Of a stretch of DNA of 51,580 bases, positions 1-10,761 are shown piece by piece. The position numbers were made by a program, and so were the translations under genes. The stretch spans positions 1 through 51,580 of the forward strand of contig JBEHYA010000003.1 in assembly GCA_048498415.1 (NCBI GenBank), written 5' to 3'. The notes under the pieces are model-generated. The model searched no databases, was not told the origin of the DNA, and worked only from the letters and a program-made list of their open reading frames with translations. The stretch is from Pseudomonadota bacterium. GTDB lineage: Bacteria > Pseudomonadota > Alphaproteobacteria > UBA9219 > RGZA01. Positions within the stretch are counted from its first letter, which is position 1. Every line of letters begins with the position of its first letter.

Positions 1-17
1 ATCCATCACTCAAAGGC

Positions 18-110
18 GTCATCCCCGCGAAGGCGGGGATCCACGATAGGCCGTTAAACAAAGCCTTCGTCGGGTGGCCTGCCGTGGATGCCGGCCTTCG
101 CCGGCATGAC
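18..110. repeat. REP/REPIN-like palindromic element, subfamily A
   Basis: GTCATCCCCGCGAAGGCGGGGATCCAC...GTGGATGCCGGCCTTCGCCGGCATGAC: two inverted hairpin units around a spacer; near-identical copy at 35512-35605. Confidence 0.85.
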
Positions 111-118
111 AGTGAAAA

Positions 119-619
119 ATGAAACGCCCCGCCGTTTTCTTCGACCGCGACGGCGTTTTGAACCGCGATATCGGCTATGCCTATTTGCCGGATCAAATCG
201 AATGGGTGGATGGCGCGGTTGAATCCATCCGCGCCGCCAATGCGGCTGGCTATTATGTATTTGTGGTCACCAACCAGGCCGGCGTCGCGCGTGGGCTGTA
301 TACTGAACAGCATATCAAAGACCTGCATAGCTGGATGGCCGCGGAACTGGCGAAGCACGGCGCGAAAATCGATGCCTTCGCCTATTGCCCGCACCATCCC
401 GATGCCGGCTCCGGGCCTTTGACGCGCGATTGCGACTGCCGCAAGCCCAAGCCCGGCATGCTCCTTGAGCTTATGGCGCGTTACGATATCGACGTCGCGA
501 AAAGCTTTCTCGTGGGCGATAAAGACAGCGACGTGGAAGCCGCCCAAGCCGCCGGCGTGCAGGGCGAGCTGTTCACCGGCACCGGCCTGCTGGCCCTCGT
601 GCAAAAGCACCTCCATTAG
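119..619 (+). CDS. gmhB: D-glycero-D-manno-heptose 1,7-bisphosphate phosphatase (HAD IIIA)
   Basis: FFDRDGVLN (DxD motif), VVTNQAG, CPHHP...CDCRKPKPGM, VGDKDSD. Confidence 0.88.
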   Translation: MKRPAVFFDRDGVLNRDIGYAYLPDQIEWVDGAVESIRAANAAGYYVFVVTNQAGVARGLYTEQHIKDLHSWMAAELAKHGAKIDAFAYCPHHPDAGSGPLTRDCDCRKPKPGMLLELMARYDIDVAKSFLVGDKDSDVEAAQAAGVQGELFTGTGLLALVQKHLH

Positions 620-701
620 GCATCCCCGCGCAGGCGGGGAACCAGTTTGGTTCAATCCGTAAAAACAAGAAAACTGGATCCCCGCCTGCGCGGGGATGCC
701 T
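618..701. repeat. REP/REPIN-like element, subfamily B
   Basis: AGGCATCCCCGCGCAGGCGGGG...CAGTTTGGTT...AAACTGGATCCCCGCCTGCGCGGGGATGCCT; related copies at 14317 and 42354. Confidence 0.85.
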
Positions 702-715
702 GAGAGATTGCGCGC

Positions 716-754
716 AATAAAAAACCCCGCCGGAGAGAGGGCGGGGTTTTTATT
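716..754. terminator. Bidirectional intrinsic terminator
   Basis: AATAAAAAACCCCGCC-loop-GGCGGGGTTTTTATT between convergent genes. Confidence 0.85.
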
Positions 755-770
755 TGTTATTGCTAACCGG

Positions 771-1514
771 TTACCGCGTCGGGCAGGCGACGGGAACCAT
801 CTTGCTGTTAAAGCAACCGAAGGTCGGTTCTTTGGGGCCCTGGCCGCTGCCGGTCACGATGCTGTAGTTTTCATAAACGGTGGCATCCTTGCCGTTGTTC
901 TTCTTACTGAAGTCATGATCGCGGCTGAACGAGAAGGGGCCGATCGTATTGCCATTGCGATCCTTGAAGGTCAGCTGGTTCAGCACGGCTTCCTTGGCTT
1001 TGCGCATATCGGCAACCGTGTATGGCTTGCCATTCGGCACATAGAACAGCGGCGTTTCAATCTTGTATTCAACGCCATTGGCATCATAAACCTTGTCGCG
1101 CGTCTTGTACTTGGCGCCACCGGCCATATCCATATACGAGACAAACATACCATTCTTGTCGTTGGCACGGCGCCAGATCGGATACGCAACCGTCGGCATA
1201 CCGGGCTTCCATTCAATGCCCTTTTCACCAACTGTCTTGAAGCTGCCGAAGGTTTGCTTCTGTGGCAGAAGGCCAGTGCTGCCACTGTTATCCGCAACCT
1301 TGGCAACCACATCGCTGGCCGGCGCCTTCGCGGCATATATCAGGGCCGAACGCGGGAAGGGTGTCACGATATCTTGCTGATCAACCGCAGCAACCGTGGT
1401 GGGGGCCGGATTAGCCGTCGTGGCCATATCGGCCAGCGCATCGGCGCGCGCGCCAGTGGTGGCAATCGCTGCAAGACCAATACCGCCTAAAACTTGTTTG
1501 TAATTGATAGCCAT
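771..1514 (-). CDS. Hypothetical secreted protein
   Basis: Sec-type signal peptide (MAINYKQVLGGIGLAAIATTGARA), GGAGAG RBS, terminator downstream; no family recognised. Confidence 0.75.
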   Translation of the reverse strand: MAINYKQVLGGIGLAAIATTGARADALADMATTANPAPTTVAAVDQQDIVTPFPRSALIYAAKAPASDVVAKVADNSGSTGLLPQKQTFGSFKTVGEKGIEWKPGMPTVAYPIWRRANDKNGMFVSYMDMAGGAKYKTRDKVYDANGVEYKIETPLFYVPNGKPYTVADMRKAKEAVLNQLTFKDRNGNTIGPFSFSRDHDFSKKNNGKDATVYENYSIVTGSGQGPKEPTFGCFNSKMVPVACPTR

Positions 1515-1724
1515 AATCTCTCTCCAGAATATGATGAACGCGATGCGACTTTTCCTGCCTTCGCGTAAAGCGACAATAGTGATTCAGGGCATGATCCCGC
1601 AACCGTGATAATATTTTCATGAATGGTTAATGCGGCCTAACCATGAATCACCAGCGATTCCAACTTCCTCAGGGGCGCCATGCGCCTATGATTAAACCCC
1701 TGAAACCAATTCCAAGAGGTTGCC

Positions 1725-1976
1725 ATGATCAACAAAACCCTCACATTCGTAGGCGGCGCCCTTGTGGGCCTATGCGTTGCCACCGGCGGCTTCGTTCTGG
1801 TGGGCGAGGCAAAAGCGCAACAGCGGGCGCTGGGTCCGTACATGCTCATGCACCATTCCAACCCCACGGCGGCCGCGGGCGTGTTCCGGGTCAATCAGAG
1901 CACCGGCTACGTAAGTTATTGTTTTATCGATATCAATGGCCGGCCTTCCGTAAGCTGCACGCCCGAAGTGCCGTGA
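1725..1976 (+). CDS. Small hypothetical exported protein
   Basis: AGAGG RBS, signal peptide ending AKA, beta-rich mature part with two Cys. Confidence 0.7.
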   Translation: MINKTLTFVGGALVGLCVATGGFVLVGEAKAQQRALGPYMLMHHSNPTAAAGVFRVNQSTGYVSYCFIDINGRPSVSCTPEVP

Positions 1977-2128
1977 CGTGGCAGATTCGCCAACCTTTCC
2001 GCAAATCGTTAACACCCCTCTTGCGGCGCAGAGACGAAGGTAAGAAACTTAATATCTGATTCGCTTTTGTTTCTACCCCGGTTTCCCGTTCTAATTCCTT
2101 AACCGTTTCCTCTACAGGAGAGATCCCC

Positions 2129-2548
2129 TTGAACCTTGATGTCCATGCCTTGAACGCCTGGCGTAAAGTCCTCGTAGAGGGCGTGCGCAGCAAGGGTCCC
2201 GACCTGTCCTCGCGTCAGCTGGCCCTTATGCTCACTGTTTATCTGGAAGAAGGCCCCCATACCGTGCGTGGCCTCGCCAGCTTTCTTAATATTTCCAAAC
2301 CGGCCATCAGCCGCGCGTTAGACCGGTTGGGCGAGCTCGATTTCGTCAAGCGCCGCCGCGATGAAAAAGATAAGCGCAATGTGCTGGTGCAGCGCACCGC
2401 CAACGGCTCCGTCTTCCTCGTGCAGTTCGCCGAAAGCATCAAGCGCGCAAACGCTACGATTGATGAAACCCTGAAACCGTCCGTCTTCCTCGAAATGAAC
2501 GAAGAGATGGAAGAGCAGGGCAACAAGGCCGATACGCAAGCCGCGTAA
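2129..2548 (+). CDS. MarR-family transcriptional regulator
   Basis: Winged HTH: TVRGLASFLNISKPAISRALDRL...RRRDEKDKRNVLV; TTG start with AGGAG RBS. Confidence 0.9.
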   Translation: MNLDVHALNAWRKVLVEGVRSKGPDLSSRQLALMLTVYLEEGPHTVRGLASFLNISKPAISRALDRLGELDFVKRRRDEKDKRNVLVQRTANGSVFLVQFAESIKRANATIDETLKPSVFLEMNEEMEEQGNKADTQAA

Positions 2549-2557
2549 TGCAAGTGA

Positions 2558-2628
2558 ACATTCCGGCGAAAGCCGGAATCCAGTTTTCTAAAAGCAACCA
2601 CACTGGATACCGGCTTTCGCCGGTATGT
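2558..2628. repeat. REP/REPIN-like element
   Basis: ACATTCCGGCGAAAGCCGGAATCCAG...CTGGATACCGGCTTTCGCCGGTATGT. Confidence 0.8.
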
Positions 2629-2640
2629 GCGTGATCTTTT

Positions 2641-3438
2641 ATGTTAGACCCCCGTCTTGATCCCACCCGCGGTGGCCAGCTGGCTGCTAAAGGCCAGCCG
2701 TTTATGGTTGTACGCGGCGTGAACGCTTTGCGCAAATCTCCGCAGGAAGATGCCGAGCAGGTCAGCCAGCTGCGCTATGGCGAAATTTTTAATGTGTACG
2801 AGCACATCAACGGCTGGGCCTGGGGCCAGTGTGCGCGCGATAATTACGTGGGCTATCTCCCTGCCGTCGCGCTCCTCGATAAAACCATCGCGCCCACGCA
2901 CCGCATCAACAATGCAACCAGCTTTGTCTTTGTTGAAGCCAGCATCAAATCCGCCATCCGCGACTGCCTTACCTTTTTCAGCCCCGTTGAAGTCGTGGGC
3001 GGCGACGATAAATTCAAACAGCTTTCCACCGGCGGCTTCATCCACGCCCATCATCTCACCAGGCTTGCCGATTGGCGCATGCCAGACTTTGTCGCGGCGG
3101 CTGAACGGTTGATGGATGTGCCGTATTTATGGGGCGGTCTCACGCCCATGGGCATCGACTGCTCCGGCCTCGTCCAGTTGGCGCTAAACGCTGCCGGCAT
3201 CGCGTGCCCGCGTGACAGTGACATGCAGGCGGCCCAGATCGGCCAGAAAATTGCCGGTGATATTAAAGGCCCATTGCAGCGCGGCGATCTGGTCTTCATG
3301 CCCGGCCATGTTGGCATTATGGCCGATCCCACGCATCTGCTGCACGCCAACGCCTATCACGGCAAAGTAGTCATCGAGCCACTCGCCGCTATGGCCGCGC
3401 GGCAAAAGGATAATCAATTTACGGTGCGTCGTTTATAA
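2641..3438 (+). CDS. SH3 + NlpC/P60 (C40) cell-wall peptidase
   Basis: PYLWGG...GIDCSGLVQ, GDLVFMPGHVGI, LLHAN catalytic Cys/His; N-terminal SH3b-like QLRYGE...GWAWG. Confidence 0.92.
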   Translation: MLDPRLDPTRGGQLAAKGQPFMVVRGVNALRKSPQEDAEQVSQLRYGEIFNVYEHINGWAWGQCARDNYVGYLPAVALLDKTIAPTHRINNATSFVFVEASIKSAIRDCLTFFSPVEVVGGDDKFKQLSTGGFIHAHHLTRLADWRMPDFVAAAERLMDVPYLWGGLTPMGIDCSGLVQLALNAAGIACPRDSDMQAAQIGQKIAGDIKGPLQRGDLVFMPGHVGIMADPTHLLHANAYHGKVVIEPLAAMAARQKDNQFTVRRL

Positions 3439-3442
3439 ACAT

Positions 3443-3523
3443 GTACGTACCGGCGAAAGCCGGTACCCATTTATCCATGTTTTGATTGCTGATGGATGGG
3501 CCCCGTTTTTCAACGGGGCATAC
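3443..3523. repeat. REP/REPIN-like element, subfamily C
   Basis: GTACGTACCGGCGAAAGCCGGTACCCATTTATCC...ATGGGCCCCGTTTTTCAACGGGGCATAC; near-identical to 42250-42330. Confidence 0.85.
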
Positions 3524-3528
3524 TTTTA

Positions 3529-5111
<1,583 letters not shown>

Positions 5112-5115
<4 letters not shown>

Positions 5116-6146
5116 GCGCCCACCTTGTTCTTGCGGGGGTCATACGCATCGCGGACGGCTTCGCCAATGAACACCAGCAAACTCAGCATAAGCGCCAGAA
5201 TAATAAACGCCGTAAAGCCCAGCCACGGCGCCTGTAAATTGTTTTTACCCTGGCCCAGCAGTTCACCCAGCGATGGGCTGCCCGGCGGCAGGCCAAAGCC
5301 GATAAAATCCAGCGCCGTCAGCGTGGTGATTGCACCATTCAGAATGAAGGGAATATAGGTGAGCGAGGCCACCAGCGCGTTGGGCAGAATATGCCGCGAC
5401 ATAATCGTGAAATTATCCGCGCCCAAGGCCCGCGCTGCCTTCACATAATCAAAATTCCGTGTGCGCAGGAATTCAGCGCGCACCACGCCCACCAGGTGCA
5501 TCCAGCTGAACAGCATCATGAGCAATAACAGCGACATAAAGCTGGGCTGAATGAGCGATGACATGATGATAAGCAAAAACAGCATCGGCATGCCCGACCA
5601 GATTTCGATAAAGCGCTGCATGCCCAAATCCAGCCAGCCGCCGAAATAACCCTGCACCGCGCCGGCGGCCACGCCAATCACGCTGGAGATCACCGTGAGG
5701 ATCAGGCCGAACAAAACCGAAATGCGGAACCCATAAATCACCCGCGCCAGCACATCGCGGCCCTGATCATCGGTGCCCAGCCAGTTCTCGGCTGTGGGCG
5801 GGGAAGGGGCCGGCACCTGCAAATTGTAATTAATAGTGTTGTAGGAGTAGGGGATCATCGGCCAGATCTCCCAACCCTTCGCCGCGATCTTTTCCTTCAC
5901 ATACTGGTCGCGGTAATCCGCCTGCGTCTCGAACTCGCCGCCAAACGTCGTCTCGGGGTAGGTGTGGAAGATGGGGAAATAAAATGCGCCGTCGTATTTG
6001 ATCACCAGCGGCTTATCATTGGCGATAAAATCCGCGAACAGGCTAAAAATGAACATCGCGCCAAACAGCCACAGCGCCCAGTAGCCGCGCTTATTGGCCT
6101 TAAAATTACGCCAGCGGCGTTTTGCTAAAGGCGACATCTCCGTCAT
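5112..6146 (-). CDS. yejE: Peptide ABC transporter permease
   Basis: [34 protein letters not shown]-like loop; 4-nt overlaps with neighbours. Confidence 0.9.
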
Positions 6147-7258
6147 AGGTCGCGCCTTTCGAAATCGATGCGCGGGTCGACAATCGTATAGGTGATGTCG
6201 CCGATAATATTCATCACCAGCCCCAGCAGCGTGAACACATATAGTGTGGCGAACATCACCGGATAATCCCGGCTCACGGTCGATTCAAACCCCAGCAGCC
6301 CCAGCCCATCCAGCGAGAACACGATTTCGATGAGCAGCGAGCTGGTGAACAGAATGGAAATGAACGCCTGCGGAAAACCCGCAATCACAATCAGCATTGC
6401 ATTCCGGAACACATGCCCATATAGCACCTGATGTTCCGTGAGCCCCTTGGCCCGCGCCGCCGTCACATACAGCTTGCCGATTTCGTCCAGAAATGAATTT
6501 TTGGTGAGCATGGTGAGGCTGGCAAACCCGCTGATCACCATGGCGGTCACGGGCAGTACCAGATGCCAGAAATAATCGCCGATTTTGGCAATAAAGCTAA
6601 GATCATGCCAGTTATCGGAGACCAGTCCCCGCAACGGAAACCACGCGAAATACCGCCCGCCCGCAAACAGCACAACTAAAAGCACCGCGAATAAAAAGCT
6701 CGGAATGGCATAGCCAATAATAATCGCCGTGCTCGTCCACATATCAAAAGGCGTGCCGTCTTTCACGGCTTTCCGAATACCCAGCGGAATGGAGATCAGA
6801 TAAATCAGCAGCGTCGTCCACAAGCCCAGTGAGATTGAGACCGGCATTTTATCCAGGACGAGATCGACTACTTTTTGATCGCGGAAATAGCTCTTGCCGA
6901 AATCGAAGAACAAATAACTCTTCATCATCAGCAGAAACCGTTCATGCACCGGCTTATCAAAACCAAACTGGTGCTCCAGCTCCTTGATGAATTCGGGATC
7001 GAGGCCCTGCGCGCCGCGGTAGCGGCTGGTGGTGGCATCCATCGCCATCTTGTCGCCGGGGCGCTGCATGTTGCCCAGATTTTCGCTCGCCGCGCCGCTC
7101 ATACGCGCGGTGGCATCGCTGGCATTGCCCTGTAATTTCGCGATCACCTGTTCCACCGGCCCACCTGGCGCCGCCTGCACAAGCGCAAAATTGATGATCA
7201 TGATGCCGAGCAGCGTCGGGATAATCAGGAACAGGCGGCGGATTAAATAATTCAGCAT
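6143..7258 (-). CDS. yejB: Peptide ABC transporter permease
   Basis: [40 protein letters not shown]. Confidence 0.9.
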   Translation of the reverse strand: MLNYLIRRLFLIIPTLLGIMIINFALVQAAPGGPVEQVIAKLQGNASDATARMSGAASENLGNMQRPGDKMAMDATTSRYRGAQGLDPEFIKELEHQFGFDKPVHERFLLMMKSYLFFDFGKSYFRDQKVVDLVLDKMPVSISLGLWTTLLIYLISIPLGIRKAVKDGTPFDMWTSTAIIIGYAIPSFLFAVLLVVLFAGGRYFAWFPLRGLVSDNWHDLSFIAKIGDYFWHLVLPVTAMVISGFASLTMLTKNSFLDEIGKLYVTAARAKGLTEHQVLYGHVFRNAMLIVIAGFPQAFISILFTSSLLIEIVFSLDGLGLLGFESTVSRDYPVMFATLYVFTLLGLVMNIIGDITYTIVDPRIDFERRDL

Positions 7259-7274
7259 TATATGGATTCCATGC

Positions 7275-7369
7275 CGTCATGCCGGCGAAGGCCGGCATCC
7301 ACGATAGGCCACACGACGAAGATTAGCCTGCTTGGCTTTACGTGGATCCCGGCCTTCGCCGGGATGACG
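7275..7369. repeat. REP/REPIN-like element, subfamily A, inside the yej operon
   Basis: CGTCATGCCGGCGAAGGCCGGCATCCACGATAGGCC...CGTGGATCCCGGCCTTCGCCGGGATGACG. Confidence 0.85.
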
Positions 7370-7394
7370 TCGCCGTTTATCGTTAAAACAGGCA

Positions 7395-9230
7395 TTATTT
7401 ATTCCTGATGTTCTTATATTTGGCATCGTCAATCCACCAGGTGCTCTCCACCGGCAACCCATAGGCGGGGTTTACTGCGGGCCGCCCGAAAATATCCCAA
7501 TACGCGATCCGGTAGGTGGCGATATGCCATTGCGGAATGACATAGAAATTCCATTGCAGCACGCGGTCAAGCGCGCGCGTCAATGTCACCAACTCATCCC
7601 GCCCTTCAGCATGGATCAGCTTTTCGATCAAGGCGTCCACCACCGGGTTCTTGATGCCAATGATGTTTTTGCTCCCCTTTATATCTGCGCGATCACTCGC
7701 CCAGAAATCCCGCTGTTCATTGCCCGGCGAATTCGACTGCCCGAACACCTGAATGATCATATCAAAATCAAAATCGTTGAGTCGGTTCTGGTACTGCGCC
7801 GTGTCCACCACGCGGATATGCGCATGTATGCCAAGCCGTTCTAAATTTCGGATAAACGGCTGAATCCAGCGTTCAAACATGGGACTATCGACCAGAATTT
7901 CAAAACTGAATGGCTTGCCATTCGCATCCAGCAAATCCGTGCCTTTCAGCTTCCAGCCGGCTGCCGTCAGCAATTCCATGGCTTTCCGCATGTTATCGCG
8001 CGTATTGCCGGTGCCGTCGGTTTTGGGCGGCTGGTATTCGGTTGTGAACACGCGTTCCGGTAATTGGGCACGGTAGGGCTCCAGCACTTTTAATTCTTCC
8101 GGGCTCGGCGTGCCCACGGCCGCTAAATCCGAATTATCAAAATAACTGCGCGTACGGGTATACAGATTATAGGCAAAGTTTTTATCCGACCATTCAAAGT
8201 CAAACGCGTAAGCCAATGCTTCGCGCACGCGTGCATCCTGGAACAACGGCCGGCGTATATTATAAGCAAACGCCTGCATGCCGCTGGGGTTGCCGTTTTT
8301 GATCTCTTCTTTCTTGATCAGGCCTTTTTTAACAGCATCGGAATCATAAGCCGTCGCCCATGCCTTGGCGAAATTTTCCAATTTAAGATCGAACTTGCCC
8401 GCCAGCAGCGCTTCCTGCGCCACGGTAGCGTCGCGGTAATAATCATAACGAATATGGTCGAAGTTATATTGCCCCACATTATACGGCAGCTTTGCGCCCC
8501 ACCAATCCTTCACGCGCACATATGAAATGCTGCGGCCGGGGTCGATCGATTCAATTGCATAGGGCCCGCTGCCCAGAACTTTATCCATAGTGGTCTTGGC
8601 AAAATCGCGCTTGTCCCAGTCGTGCTTGGGCAGCACGGGCAATTGACCCATGATGATGGGCAATTCCTGATTACCGCTTGTTTTAAATGTGAATTTGACG
8701 GTATTGGCGTCCAACTTTTCGACCTTCGCCACATCGCCATAATAACTGCGGTAGAACGGGTGACCTTTGGTTTTCAGCGTCTCAAAGCTCCAGATCACGT
8801 CATCGGCCGTGACCGGCGTGCCGTCATTGAACCTGGCTTCCTTGCGCAAGGTAAACGTCACTGACGACCGATCATCCGGAAAACTGATGGTCTCCGCAAT
8901 CAAACCATACGAGCTATTGGGCTCATCCGCCGTGGGCGCCATCAGCGTTTCATAAACAAGCGCCAGACCCGCCGCCTGCTCGCCGATCAGAATGTAATTA
9001 TTGGTGCTGTCAAACCCGCCGATCACGGAAAGCGTGAGCGTGCCGCCCTTTACGGCATTGGGGTCGGCGTAATCTAAATGGGTAAAACCCGGCTTATATT
9101 TCGGTTCGCCATGCAGCGCCGCGCCGCCGGCATGGTCCAGCCCGGCCGCAATGGCATGCAGCGGCATGAACGCAATAAAAAGCAGGCAGGCAAAAAGCGG
9201 CAGGCGCATGGGTAAACCTTGATAAGACAA
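7395..9230 (-). CDS. yejA: Peptide ABC transporter substrate-binding protein (family 5); start may be 9209
   Basis: Signal peptide; HGEPKYKPGFTHLDYADPNAVKGG, ARFNDGTPVTADDV, SPGNEQRDFW. Confidence 0.9.
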   Translation of the reverse strand: MSYQGLPMRLPLFACLLFIAFMPLHAIAAGLDHAGGAALHGEPKYKPGFTHLDYADPNAVKGGTLTLSVIGGFDSTNNYILIGEQAAGLALVYETLMAPTADEPNSSYGLIAETISFPDDRSSVTFTLRKEARFNDGTPVTADDVIWSFETLKTKGHPFYRSYYGDVAKVEKLDANTVKFTFKTSGNQELPIIMGQLPVLPKHDWDKRDFAKTTMDKVLGSGPYAIESIDPGRSISYVRVKDWWGAKLPYNVGQYNFDHIRYDYYRDATVAQEALLAGKFDLKLENFAKAWATAYDSDAVKKGLIKKEEIKNGNPSGMQAFAYNIRRPLFQDARVREALAYAFDFEWSDKNFAYNLYTRTRSYFDNSDLAAVGTPSPEELKVLEPYRAQLPERVFTTEYQPPKTDGTGNTRDNMRKAMELLTAAGWKLKGTDLLDANGKPFSFEILVDSPMFERWIQPFIRNLERLGIHAHIRVVDTAQYQNRLNDFDFDMIIQVFGQSNSPGNEQRDFWASDRADIKGSKNIIGIKNPVVDALIEKLIHAEGRDELVTLTRALDRVLQWNFYVIPQWHIATYRIAYWDIFGRPAVNPAYGLPVESTWWIDDAKYKNIRNK

Positions 9231-9277
9231 GCGTTTACCTTATGTGGGATGGGCTAGCGGTGCAATGCCGCCTTTTT

Positions 9278-10684
9278 CTAGCCGCTGATCGCCATAATAT
9301 CCGAGTCGGAAACCCCGCGCCACGCCTGCAGCTTGCGGTAGATGGTGGAAGGGCTGACTTCCAGCAACGCCGCCGCGCGCGGCACGTCGTTCTGGCTCGA
9401 CTGCAAAGCGCGCAGAATGGTTTCTTTTTCCATCTGCCATAACGGCTTCACAATAATCTGCTCTTCTTCCGTCTCAATCGCATGCAGCTTCGGTTTGGTT
9501 TTCTGCATATCGGCGGGCAGCATGTTCAGGCGCACGCGCGGGCCATCGTTGACCATTACAATATGCCGCAGTACGGCCGCCAGCTGATGCACATTGTCCG
9601 GCCATTCCTGCTGGCGCAGGAGCGCCAGCGCATCGGGTTCAAAGCCGGTGAAGTGTTTGTTCTCCTGATCGGCGTAAAGTTTCAGGAAATGCGTTGCCAG
9701 TTCCACCATATCGTCTTCACGTTCGCGTAAGGCCGGCATGGCAAGGGGCACAATGTGCAACCGGTGATACAAATCCTCGCGGAACGTGCCTTTTTGCGCC
9801 ATTTCCATCACATCGCGGCTGGAGGCGCAGATAAACCGCACATCGGGTTTCAACCCCGACGCACTGGCGCTGGCCACCATGCCGGTCTGGAAATAACGGA
9901 GCAGCTTGGTCTGTAATTCATGCGGCAACGCCTCGATGTTTTCTAAAAACAGCGTGCCGCTGCGCGTGGTATCTAAAAGGCCTTTCCGCGTGCCCAGTTT
10001 GCCGTAATCATCGCCGAACAACTGGCTGTCAATTTCTTCCGGCGTGCCTTTGCTCACATCTAAAGCCGCAAAGGGGTGCGTGGCGCGGGGGCTCAGGCGG
10101 TGAATGGTGCGGGCCGCCATTTCCTTGCCGGTGCCGTTTTCGCCGCTGATAAAAATATTCGCCTTGCCGCCGCTGATGCTTTCAATCTGCCGGTAAACCG
10201 CCTGCATGGCGGGCGACGAGCCGATAAAATCGTAAAACCCTTCCTTGTGCGTTTCGCGGCGCAGTTCCTTGAGTTCGATATGCAAACGGCGGTGGCGGAT
10301 GGCGTTATCAAGGGTCGTATTGATGCGCGCGGGGCTAAACGGCTTGGTCACAAAATCAAACGCGCCATACTGCATCGATTGCACCGCCAGGCCAATCGAG
10401 CCAAAGGCGGTGACGATAATCACCGGCATGTCGTCGTAGTACTGGCGCACTTTGCGCAAAATCTCCAGGCCGTGCATATCGGGCAGGTGCATATCAAGCA
10501 AAAGCGCCTGATAGGTCTGCTTGGTCAGCATGGCAAGGCCGGTATGGCCGTCATGCGCGATATCCGCTTCATAGCCGGCAATCGCTACGTAATTGGCGTA
10601 AAGCACCGCCATGCTGGTGGTGTCTTCGATAATCAGAATGCGTTGTTTGTGCATGGAAAGCGGCCCGTTGGCGGTGTTTTGCAA
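9278..10684 (-). CDS. LuxO/NtrC-like response regulator (REC-AAA+-Fis HTH) with degenerate AAA+ domain
   Basis: REC LLLDMHLPD, Walker A GENGTGKE, HTH AAALLEVSPSTIYRKL; GAFTGA absent and Walker B reads FLENI. Confidence 0.88.
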   Translation of the reverse strand: MQNTANGPLSMHKQRILIIEDTTSMAVLYANYVAIAGYEADIAHDGHTGLAMLTKQTYQALLLDMHLPDMHGLEILRKVRQYYDDMPVIIVTAFGSIGLAVQSMQYGAFDFVTKPFSPARINTTLDNAIRHRRLHIELKELRRETHKEGFYDFIGSSPAMQAVYRQIESISGGKANIFISGENGTGKEMAARTIHRLSPRATHPFAALDVSKGTPEEIDSQLFGDDYGKLGTRKGLLDTTRSGTLFLENIEALPHELQTKLLRYFQTGMVASASASGLKPDVRFICASSRDVMEMAQKGTFREDLYHRLHIVPLAMPALREREDDMVELATHFLKLYADQENKHFTGFEPDALALLRQQEWPDNVHQLAAVLRHIVMVNDGPRVRLNMLPADMQKTKPKLHAIETEEEQIIVKPLWQMEKETILRALQSSQNDVPRAAALLEVSPSTIYRKLQAWRGVSDSDIMAISG

Positions 10685-10761
10685 AATGCAAAAACACCTT
10701 ATGGCACGCTGATTAATGAAAGCCGTTTTGTGCGTGTGCGGCGGTATGCAAATTCAAACGC

